Source: Methanobacteriota archaeon
Lineage (GTDB): Archaea; Thermoplasmatota; Thermoplasmata; Thermoplasmatales; GCA-001856825
NCBI GenBank assembly: GCA_017857235.1
Contig: JAFMDN010000002.1
Location: forward strand, 13,541-77,540
Length of the DNA: 64,000 nt
Reading direction: 5' to 3'
Shown: piece by piece, positions 39,806-49,305 of the stretch
Layout: each line of letters begins with the position of its first letter
Position numbering within the stretch: the first letter of the stretch is position 1
Translations under genes and position numbers: made by a program
The notes under the pieces: model-generated
Seen by the model: only the letters and a program-made list of their open reading frames with translations
The model's database searches: none
What the model was told of the DNA's origin: nothing

Positions 39806-40249
39806 CTAAGCTATATGCAGCATCTCCAACACATTTACCATATATAGGGAAAACATCAATATGACAAATACTACAAGTGCTATTATGGCAAAAATAGTGT
39901 CTTTTTCATATATGAATATGAAAAATTGTAGAAGCATTCTACCAAAGGGGGTTAATAGAAGAATAAGTACTCCCAATTGAATTATGGCAAAGGGTTTGAG
40001 GGTTAAAACCCCACTCCAAATTGATTGAATATAAAATGGATATGTGCTGAGTGAGCCCTTTGCCGTAATCAGAGAGTTAAGGTTTCCCATATTATATCCT
40101 GATTTACCTGTTATTATGAATAAAATAGTCCCGAAAGTTATTATACCCAGAGAAATTATGACACTCCATATTAGATAGATAGTTAAAATCTTGCTACTTA
40201 TGCCCTCTTCCGTCAGTAATTTTTGATCCTTAGAATTGTTGTCTATCAA
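39806..40249 (-). CDS. DUF1634 membrane protein
   Basis: II.LG.LILL.TP..R motif; follows a TauE gene. Confidence 0.85.
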   Translation of the reverse strand: MIDNNSKDQKLLTEEGISSKILTIYLIWSVIISLGIITFGTILFIITGKSGYNMGNLNSLITAKGSLSTYPFYIQSIWSGVLTLKPFAIIQLGVLILLLTPFGRMLLQFFIFIYEKDTIFAIIALVVFVILMFSLYMVNVLEMLHIA

Positions 40250-41098
40250 TTAGATTACCCCCGCACCTCTTAAAATCATTTCCAAACCCACAATTAGTAT
40301 TATCACCGCAAATATTTTTCTGACAGAAGAACTTCTAATTCTTACTAAAATTTTGGTTCCAATTATAGCACCTATTAATACACCCATTGCCACCGGGGCT
40401 GCTATAAATGGATTAACATCCCCAGTAAAAAAGTATATTCCAGCACTGGCAGCTGCTGTTACCCCTATCATGAAATTTGAGGTTGTTGTAGAAACTTTTA
40501 TAGGTAGTCTCATTGCTAAATCCATTGCTAATACTTTAAATGCTCCAGACCCTATTCCCAATAATCCCGAAATTGTTCCTGCCATGAACATCATGGCTGC
40601 ACCTGGTTTCACCCCGGTAACCTTATATTTAACCTCTCTTTTAAGAACGGAATCGTAATATTCACCATAAAGTCCCAATTTTTCAGCAAGTGGATCATTC
40701 TTTTCAACATTAGGGACTTCTTCCCCTATTTTTTTAAGCATTGGAATAACCGAAATTATTAAAACAACACCAAATATAAAAAACAAAACTTTTACCGGAG
40801 TCACATGTTCTATAAATGCACCCAATATAGCTCCGGTTGTTGTAAATAGTACTAAAAATGTACCAATCCTGATATTAGATATTTTATCTCTAACATAGGC
40901 AGCGGCAGAACCACTAGAAGTTGCTATGACTGAAACGATTGATGCGCCAATAGCCAATGATATAGGTACATGAAAATACAGAGTTAGAAATGGAACTATT
41001 AAAACTCCACCACCCAAACCCCCTAAAGCACCTATTATACCTGCTAAAATTGAAGCTATCAGAATCTCAATTAAATATTCCACAATTAAATAGATCAT
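40250..41098 (-). CDS. TauE/SafE sulfite exporter family protein
   Basis: GLGGG...VP, SVIATSSG, SGLLGIGSG, STTTSNFMIGVTAA. Confidence 0.9.
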   Translation of the reverse strand: MIYLIVEYLIEILIASILAGIIGALGGLGGGVLIVPFLTLYFHVPISLAIGASIVSVIATSSGSAAAYVRDKISNIRIGTFLVLFTTTGAILGAFIEHVTPVKVLFFIFGVVLIISVIPMLKKIGEEVPNVEKNDPLAEKLGLYGEYYDSVLKREVKYKVTGVKPGAAMMFMAGTISGLLGIGSGAFKVLAMDLAMRLPIKVSTTTSNFMIGVTAAASAGIYFFTGDVNPFIAAPVAMGVLIGAIIGTKILVRIRSSSVRKIFAVIILIVGLEMILRGAGVI

Positions 41099-41178
41099 TC
41101 AAAACTTAATTATCTTTAATTAGAATAATTTTCTCTTCCCAAATATTGTCAAAAAATAAAATTCTGAAGCAATTCCAT

Positions 41179-41619
41179 TCACTTCTCCTCTATTTTTCCT
41201 ATGAACCTAGCCTTTTCAAGTAAAGCAAGTTTATTGAATCCCTTTGGGACAGAGATTAATCCTACATTGTTAATTGATACTATGAATTTGGAAATGTCCT
41301 CCTCATGAATTTCTTTTAATTCTAATCTTTGAATGTTTTTGATAATTATTTTTCTGTTAAATTTTCTTATTTCTTCTCCTGTTAATGAAATCTCATCCAC
41401 GTTTTCGATGACTTTAATCTCTCCATTTTTTATCATTTTTATAACATCATTTCCAGCTTTTGATACGTCATCTAATGCCATCAATATTGTATTATACGCG
41501 TCATTAGTAATCTCACCTATGGTTTTGCCAGTTTCTTTTGCAAGCTGCTTGACCTTATTGTAAATTTCTGAACTAATGCCTTTAATTGTTACATTTTCTT
41601 TTCTGCCATTATTTTCCAT
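41179..41619 (-). CDS. hypothetical protein with N-terminal ribbon-helix-helix-like segment
   Basis: VTIKGI...IY..VK..AK..G.TIGE pattern; C-terminal repeated short beta-strands. Confidence 0.6.
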   Translation of the reverse strand: MENNGRKENVTIKGISSEIYNKVKQLAKETGKTIGEITNDAYNTILMALDDVSKAGNDVIKMIKNGEIKVIENVDEISLTGEEIRKFNRKIIIKNIQRLELKEIHEEDISKFIVSINNVGLISVPKGFNKLALLEKARFIGKIEEK

Positions 41620-41649
41620 ACTTTGGTATTACTCTGCAATACTTAAAAT

Positions 41650-42360
41650 CTACGGAAATCCAAGAAATCCATTAATGACTCTAGCAACCTCCTGTGGCTT
41701 CCTATAATGAGGTACATGACCACCATCCTTTATAATCTCAAGTTTGCTGTTTTTTATTTTTTTATTTAATTCTTCACCATAACTTAAAGGTATAATCCTA
41801 TCGTTATCTCCCCATATTATGCATGTGGGAGATTTAATTTTATCAAATTCTTCATCTTTTATTTTCCATTTTGGATTTGCGTTGTTCCTTATTATGCTTT
41901 CTATCACATATTCTTCATTGCCTGGATTATTTTTTAATATATTGTTTATGAATTGCCTTCTAACATCTTCTGCAACTTCCCCATATGTAATATTTATTCC
42001 AGCACTATCTTCTAATATTAATTTATCTGGATTCATAATGTCAATTGAAAATCTCATAGAAACCCATCCACCATATGAATTTCCCATAAGCGAAAATTTC
42101 TCAAATCCCATGTTGTCTATAAATTCCTTTAATACCTTTTTTTGCACTTCTATAGTATAATCAATCATGGGCTTATCTGATTTTCCATGACCCAACATAT
42201 CAAGCATGAAAAGGGCTATGTTTTCCTTTAAATATGGATTTAATTTAAGGAATGAATTGCCCGTACCTCCCAGCCCATGTAAGAATATGAGTGGATAATT
42301 TCCATCCCTTTTTAAATACGATAATTTTCCAAAACTCGTCTGCATGAATTCTCTTTGCAT
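41650..42360 (-). CDS. alpha/beta hydrolase
   Basis: LHGLGG, D..GHG.S, GNSYGG nucleophile, WG..D, GH.PH. Confidence 0.9.
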   Translation of the reverse strand: MQREFMQTSFGKLSYLKRDGNYPLIFLHGLGGTGNSFLKLNPYLKENIALFMLDMLGHGKSDKPMIDYTIEVQKKVLKEFIDNMGFEKFSLMGNSYGGWVSMRFSIDIMNPDKLILEDSAGINITYGEVAEDVRRQFINNILKNNPGNEEYVIESIIRNNANPKWKIKDEEFDKIKSPTCIIWGDNDRIIPLSYGEELNKKIKNSKLEIIKDGGHVPHYRKPQEVARVINGFLGFP

Positions 42361-42521
42361 ATTACCTTAATGCAAATATGATTAAAATTGCTTGTCAATT
42401 TTTTATACAATTTAGCTGAGGAGTAGCTCACATTAGAAACGGATTATAATCTTATAATGCATTTCATTGAAAATAGAAAAGATTTTAATAGCGATATTTA
42501 GTTAACCCCCTAGGTGAGGTC

Positions 42522-42590
42522 ATGAATCTCATAAGGCGAAGACCAGACGATGATGATGACTTTGATGATGATGACGATGATGACTTCTAA
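42522..42590 (+). CDS. putative 22-aa basic/acidic micropeptide MNLIRRRPDDDDDFDDDDDDDF
   Basis: GGTGAGG SD at 42513-42519; ATG 42522, TAA 42588-42590; GAT/GAC variation is synonymous in this frame. Confidence 0.6.
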   Translation: MNLIRRRPDDDDDFDDDDDDDF

Positions 42591-43038
42591 TGGATGCATA
42601 AGGAAAATTGATTTAAAAGATCTGCAGGCTGTAAAAATTATTGAAGACGAAGCATTCCAGGAGCATGCTTACAACGAAAATGAAATAAAGGACATGCTGT
42701 TAATGGAAGGCGGTGAATCTTATTTATTTGAGATAGATGAACAGCCTGCAGGTTATGTTTCTTTTTATATAAAAAACGGAAAGTGCAGGGTTGAAAGTAT
42801 TGGAGTAAGACCGCAATTTCAAAGAAATGGCATAGGTAAGAAATTGATGGCATTGGTCGAACAAAGGTGCAATGAGCTTAATGCTAAGAGCATAATTTTA
42901 GAAACTTTCGAAAGAAATATTGCTGCGATTTCACTTTATGAAAGACTTGGCTATGAAGTTATTGGAAAGATAATAAATTATTATAACATTCCATTTAATG
43001 GCTCAAGGGATGCAGTAAGACTAAGAAAAAGGTTGTAA
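42580..43038 (+). CDS. rimI: RimI-like GNAT N-acetyltransferase
   Basis: IE..AF, SIGV.P.FQRNGIG, LE....N..AI.LY..LGY, NYY....DA. The poly-Met N-terminus in the ORF track derives from the GAT repeat; probable start ATG 42580. Confidence 0.8.
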   Translation: MTSNGCIRKIDLKDLQAVKIIEDEAFQEHAYNENEIKDMLLMEGGESYLFEIDEQPAGYVSFYIKNGKCRVESIGVRPQFQRNGIGKKLMALVEQRCNELNAKSIILETFERNIAAISLYERLGYEVIGKIINYYNIPFNGSRDAVRLRKRL

Positions 43039-43075
43039 CAAAAATATCTAATTAATTGTTAATTATAAACCTATC

Positions 43076-43504
43076 ATGGTTAGAATTATGGCCACGGGTG
43101 TCTTTGATATAATTCATCCGGGGCATCTCTTTTTCCTTGAAGAGGCTAGAAAATTAGGAGACGAACTCATTGTAGTGGTTGCCAGAGATTCAACAGCAAA
43201 AAGAATCAAGAGATTTCCTATTTTTAATGAGAATATTAGATTAAAAATGGTTAATTCATTAAAACCTGTTACGATGGCTATTTTGGGTGGTGAAGGCAAT
43301 ATCTTTGATATAATTCCCATGATTAGGCCTGATATTATTGCCCTAGGTTATGATCAGCATTTTAACGAAAATGAAATTGAAAAAGAAGCAGCAATAAGGG
43401 GGGTTAAAGTTAAGGTTGTAAGGATTCAGGAGTATAAGGATATTGAGTTGAACGGAACGAGAAAAATAATAAGATACCTAAAGGAGAATTATAAAGAATT
43501 ATAA
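43076..43504 (+). CDS. ribL: FAD synthetase (archaeal, cytidylyltransferase-like)
   Basis: MATGVFDIIHPGH, VVVARD, PDIIALGYDQ. Confidence 0.9.
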   Translation: MVRIMATGVFDIIHPGHLFFLEEARKLGDELIVVVARDSTAKRIKRFPIFNENIRLKMVNSLKPVTMAILGGEGNIFDIIPMIRPDIIALGYDQHFNENEIEKEAAIRGVKVKVVRIQEYKDIELNGTRKIIRYLKENYKEL

Positions 43505-44248
43505 ATTGTCTGGCCAATCTTTAAGTGATGATAACCTAATTGACATAAATTCTAATATTTTTACAATGTTTTTGGAATTATCAAATTTTTCATAAATGCT
43601 TATAGATTCATCTCTATCAAATGAAGCCATATTTTTAAAAGCCCTGTTTACATCGTCCACAATTGATATATGACCAGCCCTCGATGTTCTGCTTAAAGGA
43701 TTTAGGTCTATGGTAATAACATTTTTACCCATTTTTATTAATGCCTCAGCCCTATCTCCATCCTCTAGAGGGATAACAACAGTATCAGCACTGAATATTC
43801 CTTCAAATTCACATCTTCCCCTGTTAGATTCCAAACCCGGAATCCTCATATTTTGATTTCTCCCTAGAATACTAAGACCCTTTGATTCAAAGTGCTTCAC
43901 TATTTTTTCTATCCTTTCCTGAGACCAATGGAAAATGTTGGCTTCAACAGTAATTCCATATTTCTTTGAAAATTCAATAATTGCGTCATCAGCAAGGGCC
44001 GTTACATTTCCATTGACGGATATAACAGGTTTTTTAGATTTTAAAATTAACCCTAATGCAGCTTTTTCTGATAATATTGCATAATCATTACTCTTTTCAC
44101 CTAAAATATAATCAAATGCCTCCCCTCTCCCATGGGATATGAGACCTGAAATTGTAACTATTCCTTTCTCATAAAATTCAATTAATCTGTTTCTTCTAAT
44201 AAGACTCTCATACCTTGGATGATTCTTTGGTATTTCCAATTTGTTCAC
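43499..44248 (-). CDS. 4-phosphopantoate--beta-alanine ligase (phosphopantothenate synthetase)
   Basis: HPRY.SL, HGRGEAFDY.LGE, SVNGN, PLEDGDR, IDLNPLSRT. Confidence 0.93.
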   Translation of the reverse strand: MNKLEIPKNHPRYESLIRRNRLIEFYEKGIVTISGLISHGRGEAFDYILGEKSNDYAILSEKAALGLILKSKKPVISVNGNVTALADDAIIEFSKKYGITVEANIFHWSQERIEKIVKHFESKGLSILGRNQNMRIPGLESNRGRCEFEGIFSADTVVIPLEDGDRAEALIKMGKNVITIDLNPLSRTSRAGHISIVDDVNRAFKNMASFDRDESISIYEKFDNSKNIVKILEFMSIRLSSLKDWPDNL

Positions 44249-45530
44249 CTACGATCCTGTCTAATATTAAAAGAAACTCATTTATTTTTTCCAGTGGTAT
44301 CGTCCCACCAGCCGCTATGTCATGTCCCCCTCCATGTCCCCCAACCTGGGAACATGCAATGTTGAGCGCTCTGGATAGGTTTACACCTTTGCCCACCAGA
44401 TCGAATGTAGCCCTTGACGATACTTTACAATTGGCGTTCTTGGAATAAGAAACTGTTGGTTTATCCTTGTTCAAAAAATATATCATTCCAATCGAAGCAA
44501 CTATGCCGGTAAGAGATTCGCTTGATACTTCCACAACATTAATGTTTTTCATTTCATAAGCGCTCGATAATGATTTCCTGGCCTCCTCTATCACTTTTCT
44601 CTTGAAATCTTTATGAATGGCCATCATTTCCTGAAGCGCATCTCCATCACCTAGGGAATAACTTACAGGAAGCCCCATACGCCCATTCCTTCCAGCCGCA
44701 TCAAAAATATCAGATAAATGTGAAACAGTTAATCCTGATTTTTCATCTAAAATACTATCTGTTACTAGATTTTCAAAACCTTCTTTTGATGTGTTGCCTT
44801 TTAATAGCTCAAGGAATAATATGTTAGCAATTTTTTCTAATTCTGAATTGGAAAGCTCACTAACTTTTGATTCTTTATCTATTTTGAGAGTTTCCAGAAG
44901 CTCAATTACCTTTTCTTCGTAACCAGTTAGGCTGACAAAAAATGGATCCGTTGAATATGTTATGGCATCTGCAACCTTTCCTGGACCAAGATTTAGTGAT
45001 TTTCTTTCTTTTATTCCTAATCTCTCGATTATTTGCTTATTCAACCCCTTGAAGCCTCCCACGCCCTGCTTATCTCCTATAGAACCTGACAAAAAGAATC
45101 GATATAGGTCTTTATTTTCCTCGTTTATTCGAAGCGAAAGAATGAAAGCTACTGTAGAAGAACATGCTTCCTTCGTACCATCATATCCATAGCTTCTTGG
45201 ATTTAGATTTATTATATTTTTGTTATTTCCGGGTGGCTCGTGATGATCGACAAGTATGACTTCAAAGTTTTCTGGATTCAAGCCATCCGAACCCAGATCG
45301 CTCAAAATTACCAATTCTCCGTTATTTTTAGAAATTTCATTTATGTCTAACTGTTTCAGGAAAGTTAAATGGAACCTCTTATTTAATCTGCTTAAAAAAG
45401 ATGCAATAATTGATGCTGATGATACTCCATCGGCATCATAATGAGAATAAACTCTCAGAAAATTTGATTCCTTAATTTTGTTTGCTGCTATATCAAATGC
45501 TTTTCCATAGGATTCATTAACTTCTATCAT
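44208..45530 (-). CDS. RecJ/Cdc45-like DHH nuclease (GAN-type)
   Basis: H.DADG, SDLG, DHH, GD.Q, GGGH..AAG (DHHA1); adjacent to S15 as for Thermococcus GAN. Confidence 0.87.
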   Translation of the reverse strand: MIEVNESYGKAFDIAANKIKESNFLRVYSHYDADGVSSASIIASFLSRLNKRFHLTFLKQLDINEISKNNGELVILSDLGSDGLNPENFEVILVDHHEPPGNNKNIINLNPRSYGYDGTKEACSSTVAFILSLRINEENKDLYRFFLSGSIGDKQGVGGFKGLNKQIIERLGIKERKSLNLGPGKVADAITYSTDPFFVSLTGYEEKVIELLETLKIDKESKVSELSNSELEKIANILFLELLKGNTSKEGFENLVTDSILDEKSGLTVSHLSDIFDAAGRNGRMGLPVSYSLGDGDALQEMMAIHKDFKRKVIEEARKSLSSAYEMKNINVVEVSSESLTGIVASIGMIYFLNKDKPTVSYSKNANCKVSSRATFDLVGKGVNLSRALNIACSQVGGHGGGHDIAAGGTIPLEKINEFLLILDRIVGEQIGNTKESSKV

Positions 45531-45985
45531 TTAACTAGCAGTTCTGCATTTTCTATGGAATAATACCAATTAGATGGCAGCTTCTCAACTCTCTTGTAAT
45601 AATCGGTTAGTCTTTTGATCTTTGCTTCTATCAATTGTAAATTTCTCTTGTTTTTCAGATCCTTCGGGTACTTTGATAAATGCCTGTTTAGGCTAACAGC
45701 TTTCCTCATTAAAGCTAATAAATCCTCTGGTATCTGATCTTCTAAACTTGCCTCTTTAACAACATCTCCTATCCTCTTACCAATAATCTGCTTTACCTTT
45801 GGTATCCCATACTGATCCCTGAGTATCATCCCGATTTTCGATTTTGTTAGCCCTTCTCGCTTTAATTTTAATATTAATTCATTTATTTCTTCTTGATTCA
45901 TTTGAACCCAATCGGGCGCACTATCCCTATATACAATCTTTGAACCTGATCTACCCCTTTTTCTTGTATGCATCCTGGCCATCAA
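45527..45985 (-). CDS. rps15: 30S ribosomal protein S15 (uS15/S13e)
   Basis: MARMH.RKRG.SGS, IG..LRDQYG, PEDL, LIEAKI.RL..YYK. Confidence 0.97.
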   Translation of the reverse strand: MMARMHTRKRGRSGSKIVYRDSAPDWVQMNQEEINELILKLKREGLTKSKIGMILRDQYGIPKVKQIIGKRIGDVVKEASLEDQIPEDLLALMRKAVSLNRHLSKYPKDLKNKRNLQLIEAKIKRLTDYYKRVEKLPSNWYYSIENAELLVK

Positions 45986-46035
45986 TACACCTTTAAACCA
46001 AATTTAATTATAATACTTAAAAATGTTGATTAAAA

Positions 46036-47151
46036 ATGTATGATATAATTACTGTCGGAGCTGGCCCGGCTGGTTCATATTTTTCCGGCCTTGCCTCTAA
46101 GAATGGTTTTAAAGTGCTTCAATTAGACCTAAAATCAGAAGTTGGAATACCAAATCATTGCTCAGGACTCGTAAATAAAAGAATAATCAAATATTCCGGA
46201 GAGGAGCTCATCATAGATAAACCCGAAAGTGCAACCATATATACTCCACAGGGATGTATAGAATTGAAAAATAAGGATATGGTTGTAATTGATAGGATTG
46301 GGTTAGATAAGAAGCTAAGTAAGGAGGCCGTAGAGGCTGGCACAACCCTTTCTTTAAATTCCAGATTTATCGAATTTAAAATTGAAAATAATGCTGTCAC
46401 GGTATATTATCAAAATAGAGGAAAATTGAACAAGGCGAGTGCAAATATATTAGTAGGGGCTGACGGGCCCGCTAGCAATGTAAGGAAAAAATTAGGGGTT
46501 GCAGAGCCAATACTTCTTCCATCAATTCAATTCGATCTAAAAAAGTTAGATAGCAATGTTAAAATATGGTTAGATAGAAGGAAAATAAAAGATTTCTTTG
46601 CATGGGAAGTTCCTCAAGGAGCAACATCAGAAGTAGGGATTTCAGGTCGACATTCAATTAATTTTCCCTACGAATTGTTGAATAATTATCCTAAAATAGA
46701 AATAATTAAAAGAAGAGGTGGAGTAATACCTATTGGTAAGAGTGTTTTGGGAGCTCAGGGGATTTATTTAATAGGGGATGCTGCAGTGGCTAACAAGGCA
46801 ACAACAGGTGGAGGTTTACTTGGTGCTTTTAAAAGTGCTGAATATCTTATGCAGTCTTTAAATAAGGAAGATACGTTCATGTCATATAAGAAATTATGGA
46901 ATTCCGGATTTGGAAGGGATATTAAAAATGCATATCTATTGAGGAAGATTATTGATAAAACCGAATTCTTTTATAACCTATGGTATAACACATTCAAACT
47001 TTCTAGTAAAATAATTAATAAAGTTGGGGATGTAGATTACCCCGAAATAACTGCAATGGCTATCCTTGATATATCTTTAATTTACTCTCCCTTGCTTCTT
47101 AGATATTTTATTTCTGACCTAGCTCAAATCCACAATTATAGCAGACAATAG
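46036..47151 (+). CDS. geranylgeranyl reductase family FAD-dependent oxidoreductase
   Basis: VGAGPAGS, P.HCSG, DR..LD, GADG..S, IGDAA......GGG. Confidence 0.82.
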   Translation: MYDIITVGAGPAGSYFSGLASKNGFKVLQLDLKSEVGIPNHCSGLVNKRIIKYSGEELIIDKPESATIYTPQGCIELKNKDMVVIDRIGLDKKLSKEAVEAGTTLSLNSRFIEFKIENNAVTVYYQNRGKLNKASANILVGADGPASNVRKKLGVAEPILLPSIQFDLKKLDSNVKIWLDRRKIKDFFAWEVPQGATSEVGISGRHSINFPYELLNNYPKIEIIKRRGGVIPIGKSVLGAQGIYLIGDAAVANKATTGGGLLGAFKSAEYLMQSLNKEDTFMSYKKLWNSGFGRDIKNAYLLRKIIDKTEFFYNLWYNTFKLSSKIINKVGDVDYPEITAMAILDISLIYSPLLLRYFISDLAQIHNYSRQ

Positions 47152-47641
47152 CATCTTTTGAAATCATTGTACCGCAACGTGGGCACGGCATCATTTCTTC
47201 TTCTGGTGCAATCTCTTTACCTTCTATGATATATGATACATGCCCCCTAAAGTCCTTGATTAACCTTTCTAATTGCTTAAATTCATTTTCAATTTTTTGG
47301 TTCTTTTCCTTTAAAGACTGATTTAATTTATTATTCTCTTCTGTAAGTTCATTCAGCTTTTTCATTTGCAACTGTAGCTCTTTATCCCTTGAATCCAACT
47401 CCTTGGATTTTGATTCTAATTCTTTCTTAAGCTTATCTAATTCATCTTCTCTAATTATGATCTCCCTTTGCCTCTTATTAAGCGAATCATTAAGGTCATT
47501 GAGAGCCTTTTCCCTTTTATTTAGTTCATCTTCTTTCTTTTTGAGTTCTTCTTCCTTCTTTCTTAATTCTTCATCTTTCTTCTTTTGTTGCTGTATTACT
47601 GTTTCAATTTGTTGTAAAATGTTGAGTGTGGTATCAGCCAT
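47108..47641 (-). CDS. long coiled-coil protein with C-terminal Zn ribbon
   Basis: K/E-rich heptads over ~120 aa; CPRC...CYNCG. Confidence 0.75.
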   Translation of the reverse strand: MADTTLNILQQIETVIQQQKKKDEELRKKEEELKKKEDELNKREKALNDLNDSLNKRQREIIIREDELDKLKKELESKSKELDSRDKELQLQMKKLNELTEENNKLNQSLKEKNQKIENEFKQLERLIKDFRGHVSYIIEGKEIAPEEEMMPCPRCGTMISKDAIVCYNCGFELGQK

Positions 47642-47740
47642 ATATATCGAATAAGATATTTCATTATATGTTAATATAATTTTCTTTTTCTCGTTCTTCT
47701 ATTGAAAATAAGATTAACGATGAATCATCAATTTAAGGGG

Positions 47741-48184
47741 TCAATCTTTAACCGTTTCGAAAACAACGTGACTATAGGTTCCCTCAACTCCTGGAAAAGA
47801 CCTTATTTTATTAATTACTTTTTCTCCCAATTCCCTTAGCGTTTTTGCCCTGACTTTTGCTAATATATCAAATTCTCCTGCTATTAAATGAACTTCTTCA
47901 ACGCCTTCTATTTCGGCAACTTTTTCTGCGAGACTTCTTTGAGTCATTTCTGGAGACTTTTCATACGATATGAAAACAAATGCAAGAACGTTAATACCGA
48001 GCATTTCGTAGTTTATCTTTACTGTAAATTTTTCAATTATGCCCTTTTCTTCCAATTTCTCAATTCTTTCGGCTGCGGTAACACGGTTAATGTTTAAGTC
48101 ATCAGCTATTTTAGTTACTCTTTCCCTTCCATTATTCAGCAGGTATTCCAATATCTGAAGATCTATTTGGTCAATATCCTTCAT
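47741..48184 (-). CDS. Lrp/AsnC family transcriptional regulator
   Basis: D..D..IL..L....R, HTH, GII, RAM domain (GEFDIL.KV). Confidence 0.92.
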   Translation of the reverse strand: MKDIDQIDLQILEYLLNNGRERVTKIADDLNINRVTAAERIEKLEEKGIIEKFTVKINYEMLGINVLAFVFISYEKSPEMTQRSLAEKVAEIEGVEEVHLIAGEFDILAKVRAKTLRELGEKVINKIRSFPGVEGTYSHVVFETVKD

Positions 48185-48216
48185 GAACTTTTATAACATA
48201 TTGGTATATAAATGCT

Positions 48217-48231
48217 TTTACAAATTGTCAA
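48217..48231. promoter_or_regulatory. candidate Lrp-type site TTTACAAATTGTCAA
   Basis: 15-bp semi-palindrome between the two divergent TATA elements of lrp and the asparagine synthetase gene. Confidence 0.4.
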
Positions 48232-48277
48232 TTAAGTATCGTTAAAAACTTAAATATGTAATTAAATTTCAAATAAT

Positions 48278-49213
48278 ATGCAAAATATGTTGCTTAATGA
48301 GGCTATTGAGAAATATTATGGATTGAATCGAGAAGACATATATGCGTCAATGAAAATGAATACCATCATAAGGGAAGAGATGAAGTTGTTTCTTGACATG
48401 GACGGATTCATAGAAGTTAATCCGGTTATAATTTCCCCGATTTCAGATCCATTGAACCACCCTGTGCAGGATCCATGGATCGATTACTATGGTTTTCGCT
48501 ATCGTCTTACTAAGTCTATGATCTTTCATAAGCAGCTTTCCATGGTATTCTTTGACAAGATTTTTATTTTTTCGCCAAACATACGTGTGGAGCCTTTAGA
48601 CAGAAAGAGTACCGGTAGACATCTTGTGGAATTCACACAATTGGACCTTGAGGTTAGAAATGCCAAACGGGAAGATGTTATGGAAATTGCTGAAAAAATG
48701 ATAGAAAAAGTTGTGAGGAGAGTAATGGAAGAATTTGACATAAAGTTCCTGAACCCTGGATTAAAAGTTTTCAAAAGACCTTATAGAAAAATAAAATACC
48801 TAGATGCAAAAAGCGAATACGGTGAAGACTTCGAGCTTAAACTGAGCAAAGAAATGGATGAACCCTTTTGGATTATTGATATTCCTTTGGAAGCAAGGGA
48901 ATTCTATGATAAGGAAACTGAACCAGGTTCTGGGATCCTTAGAGATATGGATCTTATATACCCATTGGGCTATGGTGAAGCCATTTCAGGTGGGGAAAGG
49001 GAATATCAGTACGAGAGAATATTGGAAAGAATAAAAAGAAAAGGCCAAAATCCGGAGGAATTTGCATTGTTGCTTGAAGCTGCCAAAAAAGGATTATACC
49101 CGTCTGCAGGTTTTGGTATCGGCATTGAAAGGTTTGTCAGATTCTTAAGGGGTAAGGAGGATATTTCATCCATAACACTCTTTCCAAAGAAAATTGGAGA
49201 GTTCACAATATAA
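48278..49213 (+). CDS. asnA: archaeal asparagine synthetase A (AsnRS catalytic-domain-like)
   Basis: No anticodon-binding domain; ISP..DPL, LT.SMI.HKQ, SPNIR.E, RHL.EF.QLD.E, SGGERE, SAGFGIG.ER. Confidence 0.88.
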   Translation: MQNMLLNEAIEKYYGLNREDIYASMKMNTIIREEMKLFLDMDGFIEVNPVIISPISDPLNHPVQDPWIDYYGFRYRLTKSMIFHKQLSMVFFDKIFIFSPNIRVEPLDRKSTGRHLVEFTQLDLEVRNAKREDVMEIAEKMIEKVVRRVMEEFDIKFLNPGLKVFKRPYRKIKYLDAKSEYGEDFELKLSKEMDEPFWIIDIPLEAREFYDKETEPGSGILRDMDLIYPLGYGEAISGGEREYQYERILERIKRKGQNPEEFALLLEAAKKGLYPSAGFGIGIERFVRFLRGKEDISSITLFPKKIGEFTI

Positions 49214-49305
49214 TAAAACTCTATTATTTATCTTACCTAAATTTTTTCCATCTTTCCCTAAATTTATAAACTTGATTTCTATTATACCTCACCGGTGATG
49301 CCTGT

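Noticed and set aside
42550-42579. Poly-Met N-terminus (MMMTLMMMTMM) of the GNAT as a metal-binding tail
   Set aside because: Better explained as the +1 reading of the Asp-codon run of the SD-bearing micropeptide; third-position variation is synonymous only in the Asp frame.
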